NCBI GenBank assembly: GCA_016235455.1
Contig: JACRKZ010000113.1
Coordinates: 1 to 48,121, forward strand
Direction: 5' to 3'
Length of the DNA: 48,121 bases
From: Armatimonadota bacterium
Lineage (GTDB): Bacteria; Armatimonadota; UBA10988
The first letter of the stretch is position 1. Each line of letters starts with the position of its first letter. The position numbers were made by a program, and so were the translations under genes. Of the stretch, positions 18,502-28,394 are shown piece by piece. Under the pieces are notes generated by a model that worked only from the letters and a program-made list of their open reading frames with translations, was not told the DNA's origin and did not search any database.

Positions 18502-21500
18502 TGACGCACACAGGATCCACCACCATGCTGCTTCTCTTTGCCGCGGCGCTGGGCGCCTCGGCTGCGCCGGTGAGCGTGAAGAACGAGGTGCTCACCGCCA
18601 CCTATGACCCCGTGAAGGACACGCTCTCGGCGACCGGCCCAGGCGGCAGGCTCGTCGGCGCCAAGCTGCGCGGGTCGGGCGGGACGGCCAGGATGGTCGC
18701 CGCGGTCGACGCCACGTTCGGCAAGGGCCAGGCCATCGAGGTCACGCGCCCCGACGGCAGCGTGGACCGCGTGGCGCTGTTCCCCAAGCTGCCGTTTCTG
18801 CTGGTCTCCTCGACGTTGAAGAACGGCGGGGCCGAGGCGCTGGTGCTCAACAAGATCCCGCTGCTGACCACCGGCCTGGATCTCGGTGTCCCAGCGGCTG
18901 ACCTGCGTGCCTGGGGCACCGGCGGTCTGACCGCAGTGGACAAGCATCCGGGCAGCTATGTCTACCTGGCCGTGACCGACCCCAAGTCGCGGCGCGGCGC
19001 GGTGGGTGCGTGGCTCACCCATGACCGTGGCAGCGGCGTCGTCTTCTCGTCGGTGACCGCCGCGCAGGCCACGATGACCGCGCAGGTCGAGTATGGACGG
19101 CTGCGCATCCTGCCCGGCGCGACGGCCGAGACCGAAACCTTCGCCCTGGCCCTGTGCGCCGATGCGCGCGACGGGCTCGAAGGCTGGGCCGACGCCGTGG
19201 CCCGGCACTACCAGATCAAGCTGCGCCCGCAACCGTCGGGTTACTGCACTTGGTACGCCGATCAGAACGGCGGCGCCGGCAGCGAGAAGAGCATGGGCGA
19301 GTTCGTCGATTTCGTCGCGCGCGAACTCAAACCGTTCGGCTTCTCGGTGGTGCAGATCGACGACGGGTGGCAACTCGGTGACGCCAAAGGCAACGGCCCG
19401 AACAAGTGGTTCCTCGGCGCGCGGCCCAACGGCCCCTATGCGGGCGGCATGAAGGCCACCGCCGACCGCATCCACGCCGCGGGCCTGACGCCTGGCATCT
19501 GGTTCATGCCGTTCGCCGGCACCAGCGGTGACCCAGCCTTCGCCGAGCATCAGGACTGGTTCATCAAGCGGCCCGACGGCAAGCCCTATGACACGGCTTG
19601 GGGCGGCACGTCGCTGGACATGACCGTGCCCGGCGCCAAGGACCACCTGCGCGAGGTGGCCAAGGCCTGTCGCGCCTGGGGCTACACGTACTACAAGATG
19701 GACGGGCTGTACACCGGCATTGGCTGCAACCAGGTCTACATCAACGACGGTTACGTCGACGACAAGTTCGGCGACAGCATCCTGGCCGACCCGGCCAAGA
19801 CCAACGTCGAGGCGTACCGTGACGGCTTCAAGCTGCTCCGCGAGGCGGCCGGTGACGACGTCTTCTTCCTGGGCTGCTGCATCTCGCAGAACATGCGCTC
19901 GTTCGGCGCCAGCATCGGTCTGGTCGACGCCATGCGCATCGGGCCCGACAACGGCACCTCGTGGTCAACGGAGTTGGACAGCCCTGGCACCGGCCGCGGC
20001 CTGCTCGCGGGCCCGGCCTCGGGCACACGCCGCTACTTCATGCAGGGCCGTATCTGGTACAACGACCCCGACCCGGTCTATATCCGCACGAGCCTGGCGC
20101 TCAACCGCGCCCAGATGATCGCCTCGTGGGCCGCGGTCACCGGGCAGTTGACGATCAACAGCGACTGGCTGCCGTCCGCTCCGCCCGAGCGCCTCGACAT
20201 CCTCAAGCGCATCATGCCCGCGCACGGCCGCCATGCAAGGCCGCTGGACCTGTTCGAGCACGACCTGCCGCGCGTCTGGACGGTGGGCGATGCGGGCCGC
20301 ACCGTCGTGGGCATCTTCAACTGGGAGGCCAAGCAGACCGCCTTCAACCTGGCCGCCAAGGATCTGGCGCTGCCGGCGGGCGCGGCCTACGCCGCCTACG
20401 ACTTCTGGGGCAAGCAGCTCCTGCCGCTGCAGCGCGGCGGCCTCAAGCTCAGTGTGCCCAGCGAGAGCTGCCGCGTGCTGTCGGTGCTGCCGTTGAGCGA
20501 TCATCCGCAGGTGCTCAGCACGTCACGCCACCTCACCCAGGGCCTCGTTGACCTGAGCGGCGTCAAGTGGGACAAGTCGACCAGCACGTTGAGCGGTGTC
20601 TCCAAGGTCGTCGGCGGTGACGCCTACGAACTCCGCGTGCTGCTGGTTGGCGACAAGGCCGCCTGGTCCGTGACCGACGCGGTCGTCGCCGCGGCCGACA
20701 AGGCCGCCGGCGTCACGGTCAGCCGCACCGACGGCCAGGGCCTGGCCACCGTGACGCTCAAGTCGACTGCCAGTCGCGAGGTCGCTTGGAGCGTTAAGGT
20801 CAAGCCGGCCAGCTTGATGCAGCAGGCGCCGCCGGCGGCCACCGAACTGACCGCCTCCGCCGACCCCTTCAAGCAGGTCGACCTGAGCTGGACGGCGCAG
20901 CCTGGCCTCAGCTACGAAGTGGCGCGCGACGGGGACGAGGCCGTGCCCGCCTCCGGTGCCAGCTACCACGATGCCGACGCCAAGCCCGGCACGACCTACA
21001 CCTACGCAGTGACCTCGGTCAATCTGATGGGCCAGCGCTCCAAGCCCGCGACGCTCAAGGTCGTGGTCCCGGCCGAGCCCAAGCTCGGCCCCCGTCCGCC
21101 CAAGCCCGACGTGTCCATCATGGGCCTGAAGGCCGTGAGCGCGACCACGGGCTGGGGCTCGATCCATCAGGGCCAATCCGTGGCCGGCAACCCGCTGCGC
21201 CTCGGTAAGGAGACCTTCACCGACGGCGTGGGCACGCATGCTCCCTCGAAGATGGTCTACACCCGCCGGCCCGAGTGGAGCCGCTTCGTGGCCGTGGTGG
21301 GCGTCGATGACGAGGAGCGCGCCCAGGACGCCGCCAGCATCGACTTCCGTGTGCTGTCTGACAACGGCCAGGGCGAACCCACGCTGCTGGCCCAGTCGCC
21401 GGTGCTGCGCTACGGCAAGGTCGAGGTGTGGCACTTCGATGTGCCACTGCCGGCCGACTGCCAGCGCGTGGTGCTGGAACTGGGTGACGGCGGCGACGGC

Positions 21501-22346
21501 TACCGCTGCGACCACGGCGACTGGTGTGACGCCGGGTTCATCGCCCTGGCCGGCAAGCCCGACGCCGCCTACGACGTGGGCACCAAGCTGGCCGGCATCG
21601 AGACCAAGCCCGGCCGGTTCGGCGACTTCGACTGCTACGACTTCACCTTCGAAGGTCGCGCGGCCAAGATCGTCAAACCGAAGGTGGCCATCGAGGGCCA
21701 TCCGTGGTCATGGCGCACCGAGTTCTTCGGCCATGAGCCGCAGACCGACCTGGCGCTATTGGCCAGCGGTTACCACATCGTCTACGTCGACGTCTTCGGG
21801 CTGATGGGCGGCCCGCCGGCCATGGCCATCTACGACAAGTTCTACGACCTGCTGCAGAAGGTCGGCCTGGCCAAGAAGGGGTCCTACATCGGCATGAGCC
21901 GTGGTGGCCTGTACGCCTACAACTGGGCCATCCGCCGCCCGGAGACGGTGAGCAGCATCTACGGCGATAACCCCGTGCTGGACACGCGCAGTTGGCCGGG
22001 CAAGATCGGCGACAGCAAGAGCGCGGGCAGCGCCGGCGACTGGCAACTCTTCCTGAAGGCCTATGGCTTCACTCAGGAGCAAGGCATCGCCTTCGGTGGT
22101 CAGCCGGTGGACAACCTGGAACCCCTGGCCAAGGCCGGCATTCCGATCCTGAATGTGGTGGGCGATGCCGACACGGTCGTGCCGGCGCCGGAGAACTCGA
22201 ACTTGGTAGAAGAGCGCTATCCGAAGCTGGGCGGGAAGATCACCGTCATCCACAAGCCGGGCCTGGACCACCATCCGCACAGCCTGCCGGACCCGACGAG
22301 GATCATCCGGTTCATCATCGCGGCCGACCAGGCGACCGTCCGCTAG
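18501..22346 (+). CDS. Secreted alpha-galactosidase-like (clan GH-D, GH36/27) protein fused to Fn3, NPCBM/NEW2 and alpha/beta-hydrolase domains
   Basis: GYCTWY, QIDDGWQ, YYKMDG, RIGPD, NDPD; Fn3 (VDLSW...PGTTYTYAVTSVN..G.RS); NPCBM (TGWG, GVGTHAPS, F.AVVGVDD, GDG..CDHGDWCDA); esterase GMSRGG, GDADTVV, HHPH. Confidence 0.88.
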   Translation: MTHTGSTTMLLLFAAALGASAAPVSVKNEVLTATYDPVKDTLSATGPGGRLVGAKLRGSGGTARMVAAVDATFGKGQAIEVTRPDGSVDRVALFPKLPFLLVSSTLKNGGAEALVLNKIPLLTTGLDLGVPAADLRAWGTGGLTAVDKHPGSYVYLAVTDPKSRRGAVGAWLTHDRGSGVVFSSVTAAQATMTAQVEYGRLRILPGATAETETFALALCADARDGLEGWADAVARHYQIKLRPQPSGYCTWYADQNGGAGSEKSMGEFVDFVARELKPFGFSVVQIDDGWQLGDAKGNGPNKWFLGARPNGPYAGGMKATADRIHAAGLTPGIWFMPFAGTSGDPAFAEHQDWFIKRPDGKPYDTAWGGTSLDMTVPGAKDHLREVAKACRAWGYTYYKMDGLYTGIGCNQVYINDGYVDDKFGDSILADPAKTNVEAYRDGFKLLREAAGDDVFFLGCCISQNMRSFGASIGLVDAMRIGPDNGTSWSTELDSPGTGRGLLAGPASGTRRYFMQGRIWYNDPDPVYIRTSLALNRAQMIASWAAVTGQLTINSDWLPSAPPERLDILKRIMPAHGRHARPLDLFEHDLPRVWTVGDAGRTVVGIFNWEAKQTAFNLAAKDLALPAGAAYAAYDFWGKQLLPLQRGGLKLSVPSESCRVLSVLPLSDHPQVLSTSRHLTQGLVDLSGVKWDKSTSTLSGVSKVVGGDAYELRVLLVGDKAAWSVTDAVVAAADKAAGVTVSRTDGQGLATVTLKSTASREVAWSVKVKPASLMQQAPPAATELTASADPFKQVDLSWTAQPGLSYEVARDGDEAVPASGASYHDADAKPGTTYTYAVTSVNLMGQRSKPATLKVVVPAEPKLGPRPPKPDVSIMGLKAVSATTGWGSIHQGQSVAGNPLRLGKETFTDGVGTHAPSKMVYTRRPEWSRFVAVVGVDDEERAQDAASIDFRVLSDNGQGEPTLLAQSPVLRYGKVEVWHFDVPLPADCQRVVLELGDGGDGYRCDHGDWCDAGFIALAGKPDAAYDVGTKLAGIETKPGRFGDFDCYDFTFEGRAAKIVKPKVAIEGHPWSWRTEFFGHEPQTDLALLASGYHIVYVDVFGLMGGPPAMAIYDKFYDLLQKVGLAKKGSYIGMSRGGLYAYNWAIRRPETVSSIYGDNPVLDTRSWPGKIGDSKSAGSAGDWQLFLKAYGFTQEQGIAFGGQPVDNLEPLAKAGIPILNVVGDADTVVPAPENSNLVEERYPKLGGKITVIHKPGLDHHPHSLPDPTRIIRFIIAADQATVR

Positions 22347-23572
22347 CTCCAGAGCGCGGCCAACGGCGCCGCCCACAGCCGGTCGCCGAGCGGCAGCGTC
22401 TCGCGGCCTAGGTGGACGACGATCCCTGCGCGGAAGCGGCCTCCGAGTTCGTCTCGAAGCAACCGCAATCCGCGCAGGTCGCGCTTATCGGCCGATGCCG
22501 ACGCCTTCACCTCGATGCCAAGCACCGAGCCGTCGCGTTGTTCGAGCACCAGATCCACCTCGTGGCCCTCGGCGGTGCGGAAGTGATGGAGCCGAGCGGG
22601 CGTCTCGCTCCAGGTCAGTTGCTTGGTGACCTCCATGGCGACCCAGGACTCCAGCAGGGCGCCGAACAGCGCGTGGTCGGCCAGCGCCGCGCTCGTCGCG
22701 ATGCCCAGCAGGTGCGCCGCAAGGCCCACGTCGCACAGCATCTGTTTGGGTGAGCGTGTCAGCCGCTTGGTGAAGTTGGTCGACCACGCGGGTACGGTCT
22801 GCAGCAGGAAGGTGGTCTGCAGCAGCGACAGGTAGCGTTTCAGCGTCGTCTGTGGTAGGCCGCAGGCCCGCGCCAACTCCGCCGCATTGGCCAGCATCGC
22901 GCTGCGTCCGGCCAGCAATGAGAGCAGCCTCGGCACCTCCGTCAGCCCCTCGATGTTGGCCAGGTCGTGCACATCGCGCTGCACGATAGTCGTCAGGTAG
23001 CTGTCGAACCAGCTCGCGCGCCGACGCGCCGTCGGCCTGCTCACCGCCTCCGGATAGCCACCGATCAGCATGGCTTCGGCGGCCTGCACGCGGTCAATGA
23101 ACTGTGCCTGGGCGGCCGGGCCAGCGCCGGACCACCAAGCGTCCACGCCGGCGCCGCGCAGGCCAGCCAACTCGCCCTGCGATAGCGGCCACAGCGTCAG
23201 CACCTCGACGCGCCCCACCAGCGCCTCGGCCACACGCGGCAGCAGGAGCACGTTGGCCGATCCGCTGAGGATGAAGCGGCCCGGTCGCCGGTCACGGTCC
23301 ACCGCCGCCTTGATAGCCCGGAACAAACCAGGCACCAACTGCGCTTCATCGATGATCAGCGGGCCGCCAAAGCGGTCGAGGAACCCGGTGGGGTCGTCGC
23401 TCACGATGGCGTGAACCGACGGATCGTCCAGCGTGACGTAGCGCGCGCCGAGCGGCTCGCACAGCAAGCCCAGCAACGTGCTCTTGCCGGCCTGCCGTGC
23501 GCCATGCAGCAGCACCACCGGGGTGTCGCTCAACGCCTCAACCAGCCGTGGCGCGATGTGACGTTCGTACAT
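22343..23572 (-). CDS. AAA+ ATPase (AAA_14 with C-terminal DUF4143)
   Basis: Walker A GARQAGKST; Walker B IIDEAQ; FILSGSA; LVGRVEVLTLWPLSQGEL; GGYPE; HEVDLVLE...GIEVKAS. Confidence 0.92.
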   Translation of the reverse strand: MYERHIAPRLVEALSDTPVVLLHGARQAGKSTLLGLLCEPLGARYVTLDDPSVHAIVSDDPTGFLDRFGGPLIIDEAQLVPGLFRAIKAAVDRDRRPGRFILSGSANVLLLPRVAEALVGRVEVLTLWPLSQGELAGLRGAGVDAWWSGAGPAAQAQFIDRVQAAEAMLIGGYPEAVSRPTARRRASWFDSYLTTIVQRDVHDLANIEGLTEVPRLLSLLAGRSAMLANAAELARACGLPQTTLKRYLSLLQTTFLLQTVPAWSTNFTKRLTRSPKQMLCDVGLAAHLLGIATSAALADHALFGALLESWVAMEVTKQLTWSETPARLHHFRTAEGHEVDLVLEQRDGSVLGIEVKASASADKRDLRGLRLLRDELGGRFRAGIVVHLGRETLPLGDRLWAAPLAALWS

Positions 23573-23578
23573 GCCCGA

Positions 23579-23611
23579 ACTGTAGCCCAGCGGTGGCTGA
23601 AAATCAACCAC
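23579..23611 (-). promoter_or_regulatory. Leaderless-type promoter of the AAA/DUF4143 gene with a palindrome over the -35
   Basis: Minus strand TTGATT-17 nt-TACAGT-6 nt-ATG with no SD sequence; GTGGTTGA-TTT-TCAGCCAC inverted repeat at 23593-23611. Confidence 0.7.
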
Positions 23612-23632
23612 TACGTGGACGATGTGCAGAGA

Positions 23633-24547
23633 CTACAGCCCCTTCACCACCGCCGCCAGGCCCTTGGTCAGCTCGGCCATGTCGGTGTAGTTGAGCTTGT
23701 CCCAGGTGTCCGCGCGGCTGTGGTAGTTGGGGTCGTACTGGTAGCCGGGGCTGCTCAGCAGGATGGCCTGATAGCCCTTCTTCCAGAACGCGCCGTTGTC
23801 GCACCACTTCAGGTCCGGGTCGCGCGAGGAGAGCCGCTTGGTGGGCAGGCTGGTACCGCGCGGGAAGAGCGCGACCGCCTTGGCGGCCAGCGTCTCGGAA
23901 GCGGCGTTGGCGCCGACCAGCGCGTAGCGATAGCGGGTGGTGAAGTAGCCGGCCATGTCCAGGTTGATCATCGCCCGCAGGTCCTCGCGCGACGAGGCGA
24001 TGCTCGTGGCACAAACCAGGGCGCCTTGCTGCGCCGTGTCGTTCCACGGGTCTTCCTCGTTGACGAACGCGACGATACGGACCCTGCGCGCCATGGCCTG
24101 GCCCCGGAGCAGCTTCGCCAACTCCAGACAGATGGCCACGCTGCTGGCGTTGTCGTCGGCGCCGGGGTTGTTGTCACTGTCGTAGTGACCGCCGACCAGG
24201 ACGATACCCGAGGCGCCGGAACTGCACGGCAAGTTGGCGACAATGTTGCTCACGCGCTTGCCGCCGGCGGTGAAGGTCTGGCGGGTCACGGCGCAGCCGG
24301 CGCCGGTCAGTTGCGCGGCGATGTAGTCGGCGGCCTTGGTCAGACCGGTGTAGCTGCTGACGCTGCGGTTGCCGATGGTGGCCGACAGCATCTTGACATG
24401 CGCCTGCAGGTTCGTCGCCGTCGTGGGGGCGACGGCGCGCCCCTCAAGCACCCCCGAGGCGGCCGAGCCGCCGCAGCCGGCAAGTATGGCGAGCAACACC
24501 GACGACAGCAGGAGCACCAACGGCAACGGACGTCGCGTACGTTTCAT
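23633..24547 (-). CDS. M28 family metallopeptidase, lipoprotein
   Basis: Lipobox LAGC; SNIVA, GGHYDS, PGADDNASS, AFVNEE, MINLDMAG, YHSRADT. Confidence 0.9.
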   Translation of the reverse strand: MKRTRRPLPLVLLLSSVLLAILAGCGGSAASGVLEGRAVAPTTATNLQAHVKMLSATIGNRSVSSYTGLTKAADYIAAQLTGAGCAVTRQTFTAGGKRVSNIVANLPCSSGASGIVLVGGHYDSDNNPGADDNASSVAICLELAKLLRGQAMARRVRIVAFVNEEDPWNDTAQQGALVCATSIASSREDLRAMINLDMAGYFTTRYRYALVGANAASETLAAKAVALFPRGTSLPTKRLSSRDPDLKWCDNGAFWKKGYQAILLSSPGYQYDPNYHSRADTWDKLNYTDMAELTKGLAAVVKGL

Positions 24548-24643
24548 GGGGCGGACCCTCCTGGTGAGCAGGACGCTACTCCACCCCACTATGCCAACCC
24601 GTGGGGCGGCCGCCATATGCGGCACGTTACGGCGCTGTGTACG

Positions 24644-24880
24644 TTACGGCACCTCCTCAGGCTCCGCCTCGTAGGCCGTCAGCAACTCGTCGGCGTCGCG
24701 CAGCAACGCAGCCGGCACCATCAGCCGGTAGCCGCCCTGGCCAATGGCCAACTCCGGTCGCCAGCCACCCAGGTCGTCAGCCGCGATGCGACACAGGATG
24801 CCGTTGGCCTCCAGCACGCCGCCCACCAGTGCGGCCTCGTGCCGGAACAAGAAGCTACGCACCGCACACCAGTCCGCCAT
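24644..24880 (-). CDS. DUF2007-like putative signal-transducing protein
   Basis: 78 aa with EAALVGGVLEANGILC and YRLMVPAALLRDADELL; GGGAG RBS. Confidence 0.8.
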   Translation of the reverse strand: MADWCAVRSFLFRHEAALVGGVLEANGILCRIAADDLGGWRPELAIGQGGYRLMVPAALLRDADELLTAYEAEPEEVP

Positions 24881-24927
24881 GGATCGTCTCCCCCTGGCCC
24901 AAGCGTAAGTCGTGCGGCGCGGGTTCC

Positions 24928-25722
24928 CTACACCTTCAACAACGGCGAGCCCTCGCCGGCGTCGAGCATCATGACCACCTCGCCGTCGGTCGTGCGGCGG
25001 GCAAAGCTCTTGACCAGCTCGTGCGAGCCGCCGATCTCTGGCTGGGCGTCAACACCGAACTCGGACAGCTCCTCCACGGCCACCACCTGGTCGGTGGAGA
25101 AGGCCAGCAACTCGCCGCCGCGCCGGACCACCATGGCCGTCTCCCGGTAATGCGCCGCCATGGCCTCGATGGCGTTGGCGAAGAGACCCCGCAGCACCGA
25201 GAGCGAGCCTTGCTCCAGGTCGTGGATGGTCTGCTCGGCCAGATCGACGCGTCCGCTCTCGATGTGTCCCTCGACCACATCGGCCGTGGCGTGCAGCTGG
25301 CGATGCGGCGCATCGAACTCCGCCAGCAGTTCGGCCAGCCAGGGGTCGCGCGCCACAAATGAGTCGTACCACAGCCCGAACTTGCACTTGTGCGGGTCGG
25401 TGGTGAGTTTGAAGGGCCGCCCTTCGGCGACGCTGGCCTTGAGTTCGGCCACCCAGTCCTGGTGGTCCTGCCAGCGCTGCGCGAGGTTCATCGACGCAAT
25501 CTCGTCCCGCAGAGGCTCGATGCCCAGCAGGACGCGCAAGTCGTGGATGGGCACCACCCGGCCGCGCAGGTTGATGACGCCGCGGCACGACGGCGCGGTG
25601 TTGGGCACGCGCGTCACCGTGGGCATCTCGATCATCTGCTCCACGAGGTCGGCCGGCAGGGCAAACAGCTCGTTCCTCAGGCGGAAGACGACGTGCTCTA
25701 CCTGGTCAGTGGCGATGGACAT
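24928..25722 (-). CDS. cheW: CheW-family coupling protein with an inserted CZB zinc-binding domain
   Basis: CheW N-half (VVFRLRNELFALP, TRVPNTAPSCRGVINLRGRVVPIHDLR); CZB (DHQDW, DPHKCKFGLWY, PHRQLH); CheW C-half (LLAFSTDQVVAVEE, VVMMLD). TAAGGAG RBS. Confidence 0.85.
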   Translation of the reverse strand: MSIATDQVEHVVFRLRNELFALPADLVEQMIEMPTVTRVPNTAPSCRGVINLRGRVVPIHDLRVLLGIEPLRDEIASMNLAQRWQDHQDWVAELKASVAEGRPFKLTTDPHKCKFGLWYDSFVARDPWLAELLAEFDAPHRQLHATADVVEGHIESGRVDLAEQTIHDLEQGSLSVLRGLFANAIEAMAAHYRETAMVVRRGGELLAFSTDQVVAVEELSEFGVDAQPEIGGSHELVKSFARRTTDGEVVMMLDAGEGSPLLKV

Positions 25723-25835
25723 GCGATGTCGCTCCTTACTCTATCGGGTGCGCCCTCGTCCCACGACGCCCGCTTGTGCCTCTGCACCGCACGGCGGGGG
25801 CCGCCAAGCCCCAGCGGGCGGGCGAGCAGGCCAAG

Positions 25836-28214
25836 CTAACTGTGACCTGTATCGGCACGTTGCAGCCGCAGCAACATGGACTCCACGTCACATCGTCGAT
25901 ATGGTTTGGCCAGCCGCTCGGCGAAGCCGCACTCGCTGTACCGTGCCATGACCGGCGCGCTGGCGTAACCGCTGGTCGCCACGGCACGGGGGCCGTAGCC
26001 CATCCGCCGCAGCTCGGCCACCACCTCCGCGCCGCCCTTGCCGCCCGGCACCGTCAGGTCGAGGATGGCCAGGTCAAACGGCGAGCCGCCGCGCTCGGCG
26101 GCCAGCCAGACGTCGATGGCCTCATCGCCGCGGCTGGTGGTCACCACCGAGTGGCCGCCAGACAACAGGATGCGGGACAACAGCCGCGCGACCGCCGGCT
26201 CGTCATCCAGCACGAGGATGCGCCACGGCACGGCCGGCCTGGCCCCAGACTCGTCGGCAGGTGTGCTGGCCTCGGGCACGCTCGCCACCGGCAGCCAGAC
26301 ATCGAAGCGAGCCCCGTCGCCAAGCCGCGAACGTACGGCAACATGGCCGTGATGCTGCCTGACGATGGAGTGCACCGACGCCAGTCCGAGCCCATTGCCT
26401 TGCGGTTTGGTGGTGAAGAACGGATCGAAGATGCGGCCAAGGCCCTCGGGCCTGATGCCCACGCCTTGGTCGATGACGCTGAGACGCACGTAGTCGCCCG
26501 GCTCCAGCGGCAGGTCGACCAGTTCGCGGGCGCCAACGTTCGCGGCCTCGACGGCGATGGTGCCGCCATCGGGCATCGCTTGGGCCGCGTTGAGCAGCAG
26601 GTTGTGCAGCACTTGCTCGAGCTGGCCCGGATCGGCCAGCACCAGGCTCAGATCCTCGGGCAAGGTGGTCTGGCAACGGCAGTTGGAGCCGCTCAGCGCG
26701 AAGCTCACCGCCTCCGCCACGATGGGCGCCAGCGCAACGGCCTCGCGTACCGGCGCGCCGCCTTTGGCGAAGGTAAGCAACTGCTGCGTCAGGCCCCGCG
26801 CACGCATGGCCGCCTGCTCCACGTCGCGCAGGTGGGCCGCGACCGACTCACTCGCACCGATCGGCGCGAGCGAGTCGTACTCAGCCCGTGCCATCTCGGC
26901 GTGGCCGACGATGGCTGTGAGCAGGTTGTTGAAGTCGTGGGCGATCCCGCCGGCCAGCACACCCAGCGACTCGAGCTTGGCAATGCGCTGCATCTCGTCG
27001 TGCAGCTTGCGCTCCGCGGTGACGTCGCGCAGCGCCATGACCAGGCCGGCCACCGTGCCGTCGACCAGGATCGGTTCGGCCCGCTCGGCGACGACCATGG
27101 CCTGCCCGTCCTCCTGCTCGCGCACCACCTGCCGCTCACCACCATCGGTGGCCGCGAGCATGTTGGCCACCGTTACCGGTTGGTCCGCGGGCAGGGCCGC
27201 CCACGGGCCTAGCACCGCGGCCAGCGGCTGGCCCACCGCGTCGATCTCGCGCCAGCCGGTCAACGCTTGCGCCACGGGATTGAGCAGCGTCACCAGGCAC
27301 TCGGCATCGGTGGCCACCACGCCGTCACCGATGCTGCCCAGCGTAGCCCGCAGCCGTTCACGCTCAGCCAGGATGGCCTGGCGCGCCGCGTACCGCTCGC
27401 TGTTGTCGCGCGTGATCGACAACACGCACGCCTCGCCGTCGATCTCGATGACCCGAGCCGACATCAGACCCATGGTCACCGAGCCGTCCTTGCGGCGGAA
27501 GGGCGCCTCCAGACCGACCACCTCGCCACGCTCGAGCAGGCCCGCCACCATTCGGGCGCGGTCCTCCTCGTTCACCCACACGCCCAGGTCGCCTGGCGTC
27601 GACCGGCGACCGATGGCATCGTCGCGGGTGTAGCCCATGATCTGGGTGAACCCTTCATTGATGTCGACATAGCTGCCGTCGCTCAGGCGATTGATGTTGA
27701 TCGAGTCAGGGCTGAGATGGAACGCCTTGTAGAAGCGCTCGCGGGTCGCCGCGAGGGCGCTCAGCGCCGCCACCTGGTCCGAGACGTCCCGGACCAGGAC
27801 GATGCAGCGATCCTCGTCGTGGAGCCACACCAAGGACAGCTCGACGTCCAGCAACAAGCCCTCGGCGCGTTTGAGGCGGCACGCCTGGCGGGCTTCGCCG
27901 TTGGCCCTGGCATCTGCCAGCAACTGGTCGAAATGCATCGGCGACTCGGTGCAGGTGCGCAGGAAGACTGGGGCTGGTACGGCCTCGAGGCAGTCGCGGC
28001 CGAGCAACTGAGCCAGGGCGTCATTGGCGAGCAGTACCCGGCCGTCGCTATCGACCTCGGCCAGGCCATCCGAGACGGCCACGGCCACGCCGGACGCGCG
28101 GCGGCGCTCGGCGCGCCATGCCGAGCGCAGGGCCTCATTCTCGGCGAGCAGGCGATGGACGTCATGCGCCCCGAGGGCGCCGCGCACGTCATCGTGATGG
28201 TCGGCCTGCTTCAC
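25836..28214 (-). CDS. Cytoplasmic hybrid histidine kinase (3 PAS + HisKA + HATPase + receiver)
   Basis: Three PAS motifs; GGIAHDFNNLL (H-box); NLLLNAAQAM, DQGVG, FDPFFTTK, GNGLGL; receiver ILVLDDE...LAILDLTVP. GTG start at 28214 chosen from a GGGAG RBS; the upstream part of the ORF is antisense to the ABC genes. Confidence 0.92.
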   Translation of the reverse strand: MKQADHHDDVRGALGAHDVHRLLAENEALRSAWRAERRRASGVAVAVSDGLAEVDSDGRVLLANDALAQLLGRDCLEAVPAPVFLRTCTESPMHFDQLLADARANGEARQACRLKRAEGLLLDVELSLVWLHDEDRCIVLVRDVSDQVAALSALAATRERFYKAFHLSPDSININRLSDGSYVDINEGFTQIMGYTRDDAIGRRSTPGDLGVWVNEEDRARMVAGLLERGEVVGLEAPFRRKDGSVTMGLMSARVIEIDGEACVLSITRDNSERYAARQAILAERERLRATLGSIGDGVVATDAECLVTLLNPVAQALTGWREIDAVGQPLAAVLGPWAALPADQPVTVANMLAATDGGERQVVREQEDGQAMVVAERAEPILVDGTVAGLVMALRDVTAERKLHDEMQRIAKLESLGVLAGGIAHDFNNLLTAIVGHAEMARAEYDSLAPIGASESVAAHLRDVEQAAMRARGLTQQLLTFAKGGAPVREAVALAPIVAEAVSFALSGSNCRCQTTLPEDLSLVLADPGQLEQVLHNLLLNAAQAMPDGGTIAVEAANVGARELVDLPLEPGDYVRLSVIDQGVGIRPEGLGRIFDPFFTTKPQGNGLGLASVHSIVRQHHGHVAVRSRLGDGARFDVWLPVASVPEASTPADESGARPAVPWRILVLDDEPAVARLLSRILLSGGHSVVTTSRGDEAIDVWLAAERGGSPFDLAILDLTVPGGKGGAEVVAELRRMGYGPRAVATSGYASAPVMARYSECGFAERLAKPYRRCDVESMLLRLQRADTGHS

Positions 28215-28394
28215 CGCCCGCTCCCTGGCTGCCGTCTGCTGCGACGGCTGTTCCAAGATGGTTGGGCAGCAGTGTAGCAGACCTGAAGCGCCACGGGGAG
28301 TCCTCCGGGCGACGGCCGGCCACGGCTGCTCCCGAAGGAGGAGCCGTGACCAGCGCGACGAAGTAGCGGGAGTCGTCAAGGAGAGACCGACACC

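Noticed and set aside
28280-28394. Glycine or other riboswitch before the sugar-binding protein
   Set aside because: CCGAAGGAG and GGAGAGACC occur in the wrong order and no CTCAGG follows; only a plain hairpin at 28321-28348 is supported.
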